NCBI GenBank assembly: GCA_965237525.1
Contig: CBDEFO010000006.1
Coordinates: forward strand, 1-64,000
Source: Candidatus Latescibacterota bacterium
Lineage (GTDB): Bacteria > Latescibacterota > CBDEFO01
Length of the DNA stretch: 64,000 nt
Reading direction: 5' to 3'
Each line of letters begins with the position of its first letter. Within the stretch, counting starts at the first letter, position 1. Shown piece after piece: positions 9,961-20,180 of the stretch. The translations under genes were made by a program, and so were the position numbers. The notes beneath the pieces are model-generated. The model did no database searches. It was given only the letters and a program-made list of their open reading frames with translations, and had not been told where the DNA came from.

Positions 9961-12919
9961 TAATGCGGTAGGAATTCTTAACGATACTTTGAAAATCAAC
10001 AGCAATGACCCTGATACTCCGTCGTTGGGAGTTCCTCTGGTCGGACAAGGCGATGCGCCTTCCGCGCCCAATATAGCTGTGACTCCGCCTGCTCTTGACT
10101 TCGGTACTGTGGAAGTGGGCGCTTTCAAGGTTGACTCCGTGATGGTGAACAATACAGGTGGGGATACGCTGGATATAACTGGCCTTTCTCTAACGCCGGC
10201 TGCGCTGCCGTTCGGTGCAACCTTGATTGGTCCGGACAGGATCCCTCCGGGTGGAATGACCAAGATTCACGTTAGGTTTGAACCTGGGTCTGCGGTGGTA
10301 TTCTCAGACACACTGAGGATAGACAGCAACGACCCGGATACTCCCGTTGCCGCAGTCCCTCTGGTCGGACAGGGCGTTGCGCCTGCTGGGCCTCCGCCTG
10401 CCACGCCTGCCAATGCACATACCGGCTTTGGAACCGCGTTGGACACATTGCAGGAGATCCCTGCTCCTATAATTCCTGCGGGGCTAAATCCGACCGGATC
10501 AGGTTGGTTTACGCTCAACATTGCACGGACAGAGTTTAGCTTCCACATCACAGTAACCGGTCTGAGCGGTCCAATATCAGCCGCCCATTTTCACGAGGGT
10601 CCATTCGGTGTGGCAGGTCCTCCCATTCGCGGCTTTACACCAGAAGAAATCAACGGCAACACCATATCCGGGGTCTGGACGGGTGCAGACGCAGCGCCTC
10701 TTACACCTGAGCGGGTAAATCAACTGGTGAACGGTGATATCTACGTCAACATCCATACAGACTTAAACCCGCCCGGCGAAATCAGAGGACAGGTCCGTGT
10801 GAAAAGGCACGTCGGTTTCACAGCTGTGTTGAACACAACGCAGGAGATTCCTCGTCCTACAATTCCTGCGGGGCTAAATCCGTCCGGAACAGGTAATTTT
10901 GGATTTGTACCGAACCCTGCAGGGACAGTAGATTTTGGGTTCCGAATCACCGTGGACGCTTTAAGCGGTCCAATAACCGCCGCCCATTTTCATATTGGTA
11001 GAGCGGGCGAGGCAGGTCCTCCCATTCGCGGCTTTACACCCGAAGAGATCAATGGCAACACCATAAAGGGACGTTGGAAAGAGACAGACAGTTCGCCTCT
11101 TACACGTGAGCGGAGAAGGCAACTCTTTTCCGATAGTATCTACGTCAACATCCATACAACTTTGAACGGGCCTGGAGAAATCAGAGGACAGGTCCAGTTT
11201 ACCACTCCCTTTAATCCGGGACCTGCTATAGCCAACGTAAACGCATCCCGACGCATCGTTCCTGTAGGCGCACCTGTGCGGATCTTCGCTGAGGTGACCG
11301 ATCCAGACGGCGTCATTTCCGTGGATGCCATGCTGATGAACCCGAACGATTCGCTCTTTGTCCCTGAGAATTTGCCCCTCTTCGACGACGGGGCGCACTT
11401 TGACAAGCTTCCAGGAGACGGGTTGTGGGGCAGCGACCCCTTCTCTACTCCCCCTGATCGTCCACGGTTTTTCGACGTAAGTATCTGGGCGCGGGACGAA
11501 CTGGGGCAGCAGACTCATGAAGAGTCCATCGTCTCGTTCGAGACAGCATTCTCTGTCGAAGTGGGAGCAGGTGAGGAGATCGCAGGTCCCGGAGGACAGG
11601 CTATAGTCCCTATCTTTGCTCGTGGCCTGGGTAACCCTGTTGATGGTGACAAAGGTGTGGTAGCGGGCGAGATAACGCTTCGCTTCGAGGGCCCTGTGAA
11701 ATTCCTGCGGGCATTTCCAGCTCCGGGCCGGGAATTCCCTGCTGGTTTCGACTTTTTCTCCCCTGAAGACGGAAAAGCCATAATAGCCTTTGCCTCGGCA
11801 ACTCCGATCTTTGATACTGAGGACGGTATCCTGGTATTTGCGCTGTTCGGGGTTAGTCCCGACGCACCGCTGGGCACAAGGATAGATATCCTGGCACAAC
11901 GTGGAACATTCTTGAACGAGGGCTTTCCACCTGTGGTCACGTTCAATGGCAGCATCATGGTAGCGCTTGTAGGTGACATAAGCAAGAACGGTAGTATCAG
12001 GGCCTTTGACGCCGCTTTAGCGCTGATGCATTCAGTTGAGAACAGGAACATAATAGGCGACTTCTTCGGCGGAGACGTAGACCTATTCTTGGCGATCTCC
12101 GACCTGACTCGCGATGGGACAGTGTCACCTTTTGACGCCGTTCGGATACTCCAAAAAGTAGTTGGGAGAATCGCGGGACTTCCGTTCCTCGGAGAACCTC
12201 GCGCTCCCAAGGCCGCACCTGTCTCACCCCGCACGGTCACAATCTCAGACGCCTCTGAAGTATCGGAAAAGGGCATAAAGATCCCTGTCTCCATTGACGA
12301 TATGTCAGGTGTGCTCGGAGCGTATATGTCCATCAGCTACGACGCATCTAAGCTGAAGGTCGTAGGCGTATCTCCTTCAGAGTTGATGTCCCCGTTCATG
12401 TTCCAGAGCAATATAGATGGTGACGAGGTCAGGATAGCCTTTGCCTCTGCAGACGGAGTAGAAGGCAGCGGAGACATAGTCTACATCGAGTTTGAGATCT
12501 TACTTGGTGTGGTTGACAATCTGGGCGATGACCTGATAAGGGTTGCCGATGTCCAGCTCAACGAGGGGTTAATACCGGCGGTGATCGAACAGACGGAGCT
12601 GTCGCTGGATCAATACGCCATTCCCGAGACTCATTCCCTCTCTCAGAACTATCCCAATCCGTTCAACCCTGAGACCGTAATCCACTACGATCTCCCCGTC
12701 CGAGGCCGCGTTGACATCTCTGTCTTCAATATGATGGGGCAGAAGGTTGCGACGTTGGTGGATGGAGAGATGGATGCGGGAAGCCACTCTGTGGTCTGGA
12801 ACGCTAAAGATAGCAATGGCGAAAACCTCGCCAGCGGAGTCTACCTCTATCGGATGGAGACCGATGGATTCGTGCAGACCAGGAAGCTGATACTGATGAG
12901 GTAGAACTTACCACAATCT

Positions 12920-13008
12920 GTAGGGGCAGACCCCTGTGTCTGCCCCTGTAACATTTGGGCGAACACGCGGGCCTGTCCCCGAATGGCTGAATCGGGGATC
13001 CCCACTAC
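12920..13008. repeat. GTAG-family REP pair (other clusters near 15443, 23343, 26504, 28372, 28447, 33178-33286, 35716, 36414, 37790, 41760-41877, 43157)
   Basis: GTAGGGGCRR...YYGCCC(CTAC) palindromes recur in most intergenic regions. Confidence 0.85.
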
Positions 13009-13025
13009 ATTTCAACAAGTGAAGC

Positions 13026-13086
13026 AAAAGAGCCGAAGCTTGTTCCCGATTGATTCTATCACGGATCAGGAGTTTCGGCTCTTTTA
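13026..13086. terminator. Probable intrinsic terminator with a degenerate micro-palindrome in its loop
   Basis: AAAAGAGCCGAAGCT ... AGTTTCGGCTCTTTT downstream of the 12904 stop. Confidence 0.6.
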
Positions 13087-13258
13087 TTTGACCGAACCTC
13101 TAGTTTATCTTATCTTGTAAGTGTCAGACAGGAATGTCTGACCCACCAGGTGTTATCAGGCCAGATTGCTTCGCTCCCCCCGATTGATTCTATCTGGGAC
13201 AAGGCAAGCGAGGCGGTGCCCCCTGTCTACTGTCTACTGTTTGCTTTCTACTATACTT

Positions 13259-15436
13259 ATGGATATTTCATCTTTTGACATCCAGCTTTTAGGTGATCAC
13301 CTGTTACTCCTCCTGCTGCCTATCGCCGCTTTGGGAGGCTATCTGCTCTACAAGAGGACAAATCCCCCCACTTCTTCACGTTTGAGGAAGACTCTGGGAA
13401 TCATGAGGACAGCGACGCTCTGTATCCTTATCCTCCTCCTTACAGAGCCCATACTATCCCTCACCTTCAGAGAGACAAAACTGCCTCAGACAGTCCTCTT
13501 AATAGACACAAGCGAAAGCATGGGCCTCAAAGATGCCTCAGGCGACCGCCTGGAGACCCTCCTTTCAATCTTGAAAGGACCGGTTGTGGAAGACCTGCGC
13601 AGCAGATCCGATATGAAACTCTTTACATTTGCCAACAGGCTGGATGCCCTGGGCACAACTCCCTTTGACTCCATCAGGACAGACGGGAGGGGCACAGACA
13701 TCGCGAAGGCCCTGAATCTCCAGCAGATGGAAGAACCCACAAGGGCAATTATACTCCTTTCGGACGGAGGACACAACCTCGGAGAGGATCCCGTCAAAAC
13801 AGCCGACAAGATCCAAGTCCCCGTCTATACCCTCGGAATAGGCAGCCCCGAAGAACAAAAGGATATCAAGATAGGCAAAATCTCCTACAGAGACTTCAGC
13901 TACACAGGCAAAGAACTGCCCATAGTGGTTACTGTGGGCGGATCGGGCTACAAGGACCTCGAAGTCCCGGTCACCATATCGGAGGGCGGGGTGCTCCTTC
14001 GGGAAAAAAGCATCAAACTTACCGGAGGCGGGATGGAACAGACCGTCGAGCTTAAGATCAAACCTAAAAAGCCCGGCCTCCACAGATACACGGTCGGACT
14101 CCCACTCCTGGATAGTGAAATATCATTTGAAAACAACGCATCAGAGATAGCTGTCGAAGTCCTCAAAAGCAAAATAAAGATACTCTTGATAGCCGGGGAA
14201 CCCAGTTTTGACCTTGCCTTTTTGAAGAGATTGCTCCAGAATGACGAGAGCCTCGACCTTTATGTCCTGATCCTGAAGAATCAGAGAGCCTTCTACCGGG
14301 GAGGCTTCCCAAAATCAACAGGAGAGATGGCGGCCTTCGACGTTGCCATCCTTATGGACGTCCCGAGGGAGGCCCTAAAAGGAGAAAGAGAGACGCTCCT
14401 TTGGGACTTTGTAAGATCGGGCAAAGGCATCCTTTTTGTCGGAGGGCACAGGACACTGGACAGGGACTTTCTCCAATCTCCCCTGAACGCTCTTCTGCCC
14501 GTTGTGGCCTACGCTTCTTCACCGTCCTTTCAGGAGGGCAAATTCCATCTTGAAATCACACCGGCCGGGAGTAACCACGCAGTTACAAGGTTCTCCGACG
14601 ATCCCGAGGAGAACGACGAGATCTGGAGAGACCTCCCTCCCCTTTTGGGGTGGAACAACAATTCAGGCTTAAGGCCCAAGGCTACAGCCCTTGCCGTACA
14701 TCCCTCTCTAAAAATACCCATTATTGCTGTCGGAGAGTACGGCCTCGGGAAGACCTGTCTTATATCGGCCTCCTCCTTGTGGCGATTCGACTTTATGATG
14801 TGGGGGATCGGCGTGACCAACGCCCCCCTCCAAAGACTCTATGGAAACGCCGTAAGATGGCTTATGGCGAAGAATTCATCCCGCCGCGTGCGCGTGGAGA
14901 CCGACCGCTTAATCTACACAGGAGGAGAGGAGGTGACCTTCTCTGCCCACGTCTACGACGAGGCTTTACAGCCCCAGGTCGGAGCAGAAGTTCAGGTCGA
15001 AATAGAAGGCCCGAAATCTCAGCTGATAGATCTGCCAGGTACCTTCCCGGGTACCTTCAATCAAGACCAAGATGGCGTATATCGCAGGGTTATAAGCGGA
15101 CTCGGGCCGGGAAACTACCAATTCAAAGCAACCGCCTCCACACCTACTGGAACGATAGGAGAAGATTCGGGAGAGTTCACAGTGGACAGGTACAGCCTCG
15201 AATTCCAGAGCACAAGGATGAATAAAGAACTCCTCGAAGGAGTTGCCTATGCCAGCGGCGGAAAGTTCTACACAAGAGAAAATTTTGACGAGATAAAGAC
15301 CGATCTGCAACTCAAAGAACGCCATAAAGAGCGCAAAGCAGAAGGCAGACTCTACAGGAGACCGTATCTTTTGATCCTGCTTATTGCGCTTTTGACAATC
15401 GAGTGGAGCATAAGGAGGAGAAAGGGGATGGTCTGA
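13259..15436 (+). CDS. Membrane-anchored VWA-domain protein with Ig-like and glutamine-amidotransferase-like domains
   Basis: DTSESM MIDAS, GTDI, LLSDG; TM helices at both ends, EWSIRRRKG; the ORF extension from 13166 is REP-derived. Confidence 0.85.
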   Translation: MDISSFDIQLLGDHLLLLLLPIAALGGYLLYKRTNPPTSSRLRKTLGIMRTATLCILILLLTEPILSLTFRETKLPQTVLLIDTSESMGLKDASGDRLETLLSILKGPVVEDLRSRSDMKLFTFANRLDALGTTPFDSIRTDGRGTDIAKALNLQQMEEPTRAIILLSDGGHNLGEDPVKTADKIQVPVYTLGIGSPEEQKDIKIGKISYRDFSYTGKELPIVVTVGGSGYKDLEVPVTISEGGVLLREKSIKLTGGGMEQTVELKIKPKKPGLHRYTVGLPLLDSEISFENNASEIAVEVLKSKIKILLIAGEPSFDLAFLKRLLQNDESLDLYVLILKNQRAFYRGGFPKSTGEMAAFDVAILMDVPREALKGERETLLWDFVRSGKGILFVGGHRTLDRDFLQSPLNALLPVVAYASSPSFQEGKFHLEITPAGSNHAVTRFSDDPEENDEIWRDLPPLLGWNNNSGLRPKATALAVHPSLKIPIIAVGEYGLGKTCLISASSLWRFDFMMWGIGVTNAPLQRLYGNAVRWLMAKNSSRRVRVETDRLIYTGGEEVTFSAHVYDEALQPQVGAEVQVEIEGPKSQLIDLPGTFPGTFNQDQDGVYRRVISGLGPGNYQFKATASTPTGTIGEDSGEFTVDRYSLEFQSTRMNKELLEGVAYASGGKFYTRENFDEIKTDLQLKERHKERKAEGRLYRRPYLLILLIALLTIEWSIRRRKGMV

Positions 15437-15503
15437 GAAGATGTAGGGGCGAGGTTCGCTCGCCCCAGGGGCTGGCTAACCCAGCCCCTACATTCAGGCC
15501 AGA

Positions 15504-15722
15504 TTAGTCAATACCATCTTCTGTCTTCTTTTGGAATAGTGAACAGAAACAGAAATGGAGGCTCTGCCCTGTCTACTGTCTACCCCCGAATGAATCTATC
15601 GGGCGCTACTGTCTACTTGAAGCTTCACGTCTCTCTGGAATATATCCCTTAGCAATTTGTCGTAATTTTCTCGTATGAAGTCAGCCATGAACCTGTTAGG
15701 GACATTCAAAGTTACCTGTCCG
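15504..15722 (-). pseudogene. Duplicated 3' end of the replication-initiator gene with a REP insertion
   Basis: ~15630-15722 matches ~18072-18163 with one mismatch; 15507-15523 matches 18023-18039; ends EDGID-TAA. Confidence 0.85.
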
Positions 15723-15765
15723 GAGGAAAGTCGAGTCACTTATAGACTAAGCAAGGAGGGATGTA

Positions 15766-17010
15766 GTGTCATTTAAATCCATCTTTATCTCAGTTTCTAT
15801 TGGAACCGCTTTGGTTCTGGCGGCATTAGTTATCAATGCCAGGAGGCCACCAGTTGAGACCTCTCAGCCTTCTGCCGAGTTTGTAAGAGCCACGGGCAAA
15901 TGTGCAAAGTGTCACCGCAAAGAGACGGCTGCGGTTGTAGTCCAGTTCGAGCAGAGCCGTCATGCTAAATCCGGAGTTATTTGTTTAGACTGCCACAGTC
16001 CTCAAGAGAGTCAAGAGAAGATGGAGCATCGAGGTTTTGTGATTGCAAAGCAATTAACCGCAAAAAATTGCAGTCAGTGTCATGTGACAGAATATCAGCA
16101 ATTCCTTCGCAGCCGCCATGCGGCACCGGCCTATGCTGCGGTGTTGGGTAGAGATCCTTTTACTTCCCAACAAATTGAATTTTCAGAGAAATATCATAAG
16201 GGGGCGGTGAATCGATCCCCTAATGCGCTGGCTCGTTTAGAAGGAGAAGCAGCGACTTTGAAGGGATGTATTAGTTGTCACGCAATTGGCCAACCCAACG
16301 TTGATGGATCGATCGGCACTTGCACCCAATGTCACTCCCGGCACCTAGCCTCTGTGGCACTGGCGCGGGAGCCACAAACATGTGGACAATGTCATATGGG
16401 ACCCGATCACGCCCAAATTGAAATCTATAACGAATCGAAGCATGGGGTGTTGTACAATGCCCAGAGAAGATTTATGAATCTCAAGGCCAGCCCGAAGAAA
16501 TTGACTGTTCAAGATATGCCCATTCCTACATGCTCAACCTGTCATATGAGTGGATTGGAAGGCCTTAAAGTAACCCATGATGTGACGGAACGACTCTCAT
16601 ACTGGCTCTTTGCTGCTGTTTCTGAAAAACGCCCGTCCTATGCACAGGGGCAGGTACAAATGAAGGAGGTTTGCCTGAAATGTCACACGACAAATAATGT
16701 AGATAAATTTTTTGACGAAGCCGAGGGTGTGCTTAAAGCAACGAACAATCGAGTAAGAGAAGGTCAAAATATTGTCAAAGCACTTCGGGAAGAGGGACTT
16801 TTAACCCCGGACCCTTTTGATGAACCACTGGAATTCCTCGCTTTTGACTTCTGGCATTACTATGGACGCACAGCCAAACATGGTGCATTTATGGGCGGCG
16901 CCGACTTTGTACAATGGCATGGGAATTACGAGCTTTTGGCGAAACTAACGGAAATGAAGGCACTAGCAAAAGAATTGAGGACAAGCCATGGTCGATCTGG
17001 CGGGAGATAA
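15766..17010 (+). CDS. Octaheme cytochrome c, HAO family (epsilon-Hao-like)
   Basis: Eight CxxCH motifs; CHMGPDH.Q.EIY.ESKHG; C-terminal MGGADFVQWHG; N-terminal signal/TM. Confidence 0.85.
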   Translation: MSFKSIFISVSIGTALVLAALVINARRPPVETSQPSAEFVRATGKCAKCHRKETAAVVVQFEQSRHAKSGVICLDCHSPQESQEKMEHRGFVIAKQLTAKNCSQCHVTEYQQFLRSRHAAPAYAAVLGRDPFTSQQIEFSEKYHKGAVNRSPNALARLEGEAATLKGCISCHAIGQPNVDGSIGTCTQCHSRHLASVALAREPQTCGQCHMGPDHAQIEIYNESKHGVLYNAQRRFMNLKASPKKLTVQDMPIPTCSTCHMSGLEGLKVTHDVTERLSYWLFAAVSEKRPSYAQGQVQMKEVCLKCHTTNNVDKFFDEAEGVLKATNNRVREGQNIVKALREEGLLTPDPFDEPLEFLAFDFWHYYGRTAKHGAFMGGADFVQWHGNYELLAKLTEMKALAKELRTSHGRSGGR

Positions 17011-17827
17011 ATTCTATTTAAATAGACCATTGCTAGTAGAACTTTTTGTGTTGTCCAATTTAGGGTTTTTGATTTTGGATGTATTTGTCGCCCACTCTGT
17101 AAATGCGTTCCATCATTGGGCTGAGTGGATTCCTGTTTATTTTGCTGCGAGTGCAACGGCAGTATTACTGGGAAGTTTCGTTTATCACGGCTCCAACTTT
17201 TCTCGAGGGTGGGCACGTTTTTTCGGGTTCATTGTGGGGTGGATTGCTATTCTTGTAGGTATCATAGGATTGATTCTTCATTTGGATAGTCAGTTTTTTA
17301 TGAGGATGACCATACGAAGTTTAGTTTATACGGCGCCGTTTGTAGCGCCGTTATCATTTACTGGCTTAGGATTCTTACTCTTACTAAATCGTAAGGTAGC
17401 TTGGGAATCCATTGATTGGGGTAAGTGGGTAATCTTTCTTGCATGGGGTGGGTTCTTAGGAAACTTTATTGTGTCTTTATGTGACCATGCACAGAATGGA
17501 TTTTTTTATTTTAGTGAATGGATTCCTGTAGTAAGCAGTGCCCTTGCAGTAGGATTTCTTTTTACGGCGATGACTACATCCGTGAATGATTCTTTTTTGG
17601 AGCTATGCTTTTGGATTGTTGGAATTCAAGTATTGGTTGGTTTGTCAGGATTTTATTTTCACCTGGTTGCAGACTTGCAGGGGTCTGCTTCCAGTTTTAC
17701 AGACAACATGCTATACGGTGCACCGCCGTTTGCGCCCTTACTCTTACCTAACCTCGCAATACTAGCAGCTATAGGGATTTGGGATATGCGAGTAAAACTC
17801 AAGAGAGGACGCGTTGAACCAACATAA
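16988..17827 (+). CDS. Polytopic membrane protein coupled to the octaheme cytochrome
   Basis: About 8 TM helices, internally duplicated H..N.F....EWIP and APxxAPL motifs; overlaps the upstream gene. Confidence 0.8.
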   Translation: MVDLAGDKFYLNRPLLVELFVLSNLGFLILDVFVAHSVNAFHHWAEWIPVYFAASATAVLLGSFVYHGSNFSRGWARFFGFIVGWIAILVGIIGLILHLDSQFFMRMTIRSLVYTAPFVAPLSFTGLGFLLLLNRKVAWESIDWGKWVIFLAWGGFLGNFIVSLCDHAQNGFFYFSEWIPVVSSALAVGFLFTAMTTSVNDSFLELCFWIVGIQVLVGLSGFYFHLVADLQGSASSFTDNMLYGAPPFAPLLLPNLAILAAIGIWDMRVKLKRGRVEPT

Positions 17828-17881
17828 CGGAAAGCTTCTGACTCCTGATCTGCAGAAGTGTAACCACATTGTGCAACCCAC

Positions 17882-18021
17882 AACCGCATCCTAGCGTTAG
17901 GAACCTCAAACATGTTCGCTTGGCGATTCGCCAAAATCCTATGTTTAGCGAGAGCCAACGGGTGGAGCAGTTTTATCTGTATACAAAATCATCACAACCT
18001 AATATCTCGTGAGGAAGAACG
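17882..18021 (+). pseudogene. Aldo/keto reductase fragment
   Basis: GTSNMFAWRFAK...IQNHHNLISREEER resembles AKR GASSMYAWQFAK...MQNHYNLLYREEER. Confidence 0.7.
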
Positions 18022-18717
18022 GGTCAATACCATCTTCTGCCTCCTCTTCTTTCGCAATCTTTACTTTAACATCTCTCTGGAATATATCCCTTAGCAATTT
18101 GTCGTAATTTTCTCCTATGAAGTCAGCCATGAACCTGTTAGGGACATTCAAAGTTACCTGTCCGTCGGATATCTCATCTATGTAAAGCCCAGAAAACCAC
18201 GTCATGTACGACTGATGCTTAATCTCCGCTCTGATCAGCTCCCTGCAGCGATCCCACTCCTTTTTGTATGGAGATCGGTCAATTATTCTATTCCTTTCTT
18301 GTGCTTCTTCCTGCAGCCTGGCGTCTTGAGCTATCTTACGTTCCTCCTCTCGAACTATTTGTTCCTGTCTTATACGCTCCTGTTCGATATTTCTGTGCCT
18401 TTCCGCCAATGCCTCCTCGATCGTATGCGCAACTAGTCCAAAGTGCTTTGGAAGGCAGTTACCCAGTGTCCAGCCTGCGGCATAGTCTATTTGTTCAAGA
18501 CTATATCCCTGCCTCTGAAGCCTATTTATGAGCCTTATGCCAAGCTTTATATAGCTCCTGGACACCTCTGGCAGATCAAGCTTTCTGTAGAACTGGATGA
18601 CTATCTCCCTTTTGGTTTTTGAGAAGTCATTATCACCGCCAGCATCACCGCATGCATGAGGTGTGTCGTCTGTTTCTAAGTCGTCTATTTCCAAGTCGTC
18701 TGTTATATTGTAAGGAT

Positions 18718-18852
18718 AGGTCAGATCTGACCTGTCTAGAGAGGTCACATCTGAGCTGTCTAGATGGGTCACATCTGACCTGTCTTGATCTTGAGAGGTC
18801 ACATCTGACCTGTCTTGATCTTGAGAGGTCACATCTGACCTGTCTTGATCTT
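18718..18852. repeat. Five iteron-like repeats with palindromic core AGGTCA-n4-TGACCT inside the initiator gene
   Basis: Three 30-bp units and two ~24-bp units, encoding DRSDVT repeats. Confidence 0.85.
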
Positions 18853-19025
18853 GCAGGACATAAATCGCTGCATTGAGACCGCGACCTTCATATTTTATAG
18901 TTACAAGTCCCGAGTCTTTGAGCTCCTTGACTCCCCTTTTTACAGTGCTTTCAGACCTTCTGAGGACTTCAGCTATATTCTTGTGCCCTGCAAAACTGTA
19001 CTGCCCCCCTGGAAAGCGACATCAA

Positions 19026-19889
19026 TTAAGCAACCTGGGGTAGTAGATAGAATTGTTTTCTCCACTCTTCTGGGGTCTTATATCCCAGAGATGAATGAAG
19101 CCTGTTGTTGTTGTAATTATCGATCCACTGAGATATGATCTTCTCAGCCTGTTCAAAGGATTCAAAATTGTGAAGCCAAACACACTCTTGCTTGAGGGTC
19201 CTGAAAAAACGCTCTACAACACCGTTCCAATCGGGATTACCACTTGGTATGTATTCCTGACGAATTCCCCAATATTCGGTACTGGCCAAATAGGTCCGAG
19301 ACAAAAAGATGGAGCCGTTGTCAGAGCGAAAAGTGAGACCCTGGGGGACAGCCTCCTTGGAAGTGTATCGAGAGATCACGGCCCGATCCAGGGCATCTGT
19401 GGCCTCCAGTGCCCTCCCTTTTCGACTAAAACGATACCCGGGAACCTCCCGACTCCCGTTGTCCACCACCGCAATAAGAGGACACCAACCGTCTTCCCCA
19501 CAATAGATCTTGGTCAAGTCAGCCGACCAGAGACTGTCAGGACGATCCATCACAGAACGCTTCTGGGAAACCTGTGTCCCCTTTCTCCCGGGACGATTCC
19601 ACAGCTTACACTGCCACCCCTTAAGCTTCATTATCCTATGAACCTTCTTGATGTTGACATATGCCCCTTCCTTGAAACGAGGATGCGCCCAAACCCGCCT
19701 GTGACCAAATGCCTCTTCTTGGTCGAGTATCCCTCGAACACGAAAAGCAAGCTGTCCATCTATCATAGACTCTTCGACAGAAGAACTGACACCTCTATAC
19801 CTAAGCCTATACAGAGTCGAACGATGCAAACCCAAAGCCAAAGCTACCACCTTACGGGAATAGCCTCGACCCAAAAACCGCCCACTCAA
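19026..19889 (-). CDS. IS3 OrfB (integrase core)
   Basis: WSADLT, RSDNGS, NGVVERFFRTLKQE, YN..RLHSSLGY.TP. Confidence 0.92.
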   Translation of the reverse strand: MSGRFLGRGYSRKVVALALGLHRSTLYRLRYRGVSSSVEESMIDGQLAFRVRGILDQEEAFGHRRVWAHPRFKEGAYVNIKKVHRIMKLKGWQCKLWNRPGRKGTQVSQKRSVMDRPDSLWSADLTKIYCGEDGWCPLIAVVDNGSREVPGYRFSRKGRALEATDALDRAVISRYTSKEAVPQGLTFRSDNGSIFLSRTYLASTEYWGIRQEYIPSGNPDWNGVVERFFRTLKQECVWLHNFESFEQAEKIISQWIDNYNNNRLHSSLGYKTPEEWRKQFYLLPQVA

Positions 19890-20180
19890 GGCAACCGCTT
19901 CGTTTTTTTTAGACGGGCTACCTCCTCGAGTATCTCCAACTGGAGGGTTAACTGCCCTACCTTACGCTCCAACCGGCTGACCTCCCGCTCCTTCGGATCC
20001 TTGCGACCACGCCGAGACTTCAGACTCTCCTGGCCTCCTTCTAAGAAACTATCACGCCAAGCATACGCCTGTGACTGGCTAATTCCATTCTTCCGACACA
20101 CCTCTGATACATCCGCTCCTTTCAAAACAGCCAACACCACCTCTACCTTACGGGTCGCCGTCCAGCGCTTACCGGTTGAA

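Larger units (their letters stand above)
7722..12904 (+). pseudogene. Paralogous secreted protein: signal peptide, PPNDD domain, ASH domains, 2x CHRD, choice-of-anchor-X, cohesin-dockerin-cohesin, CTD; interrupted by an amber codon at 7941-7943 and by an IS1182
   Basis: Removing 8440-9962 restores the frame (QP|NAVGILNDTL; 3660 nt total); CHRD motifs AAHFH and YVNIHT..P.GEIRGQ occur twice. Confidence 0.85.

Noticed and set aside
15722..15735. RNase P-like GGAGGAAAGTC word
   Set aside because: It lies at the insertion junction about 30 bp before a CDS, with no room or other motifs for RNase P RNA.
15630..18163. Diversity-generating retroelement TR/VR pair (also considered for 36213/37581)
   Set aside because: Differences are few and not adenine-specific; there is no reverse transcriptase in the window.
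18718..18852. CRISPR array
   Set aside because: Units are contiguous with no unique spacers, lie in frame within a gene, and no cas genes are present.
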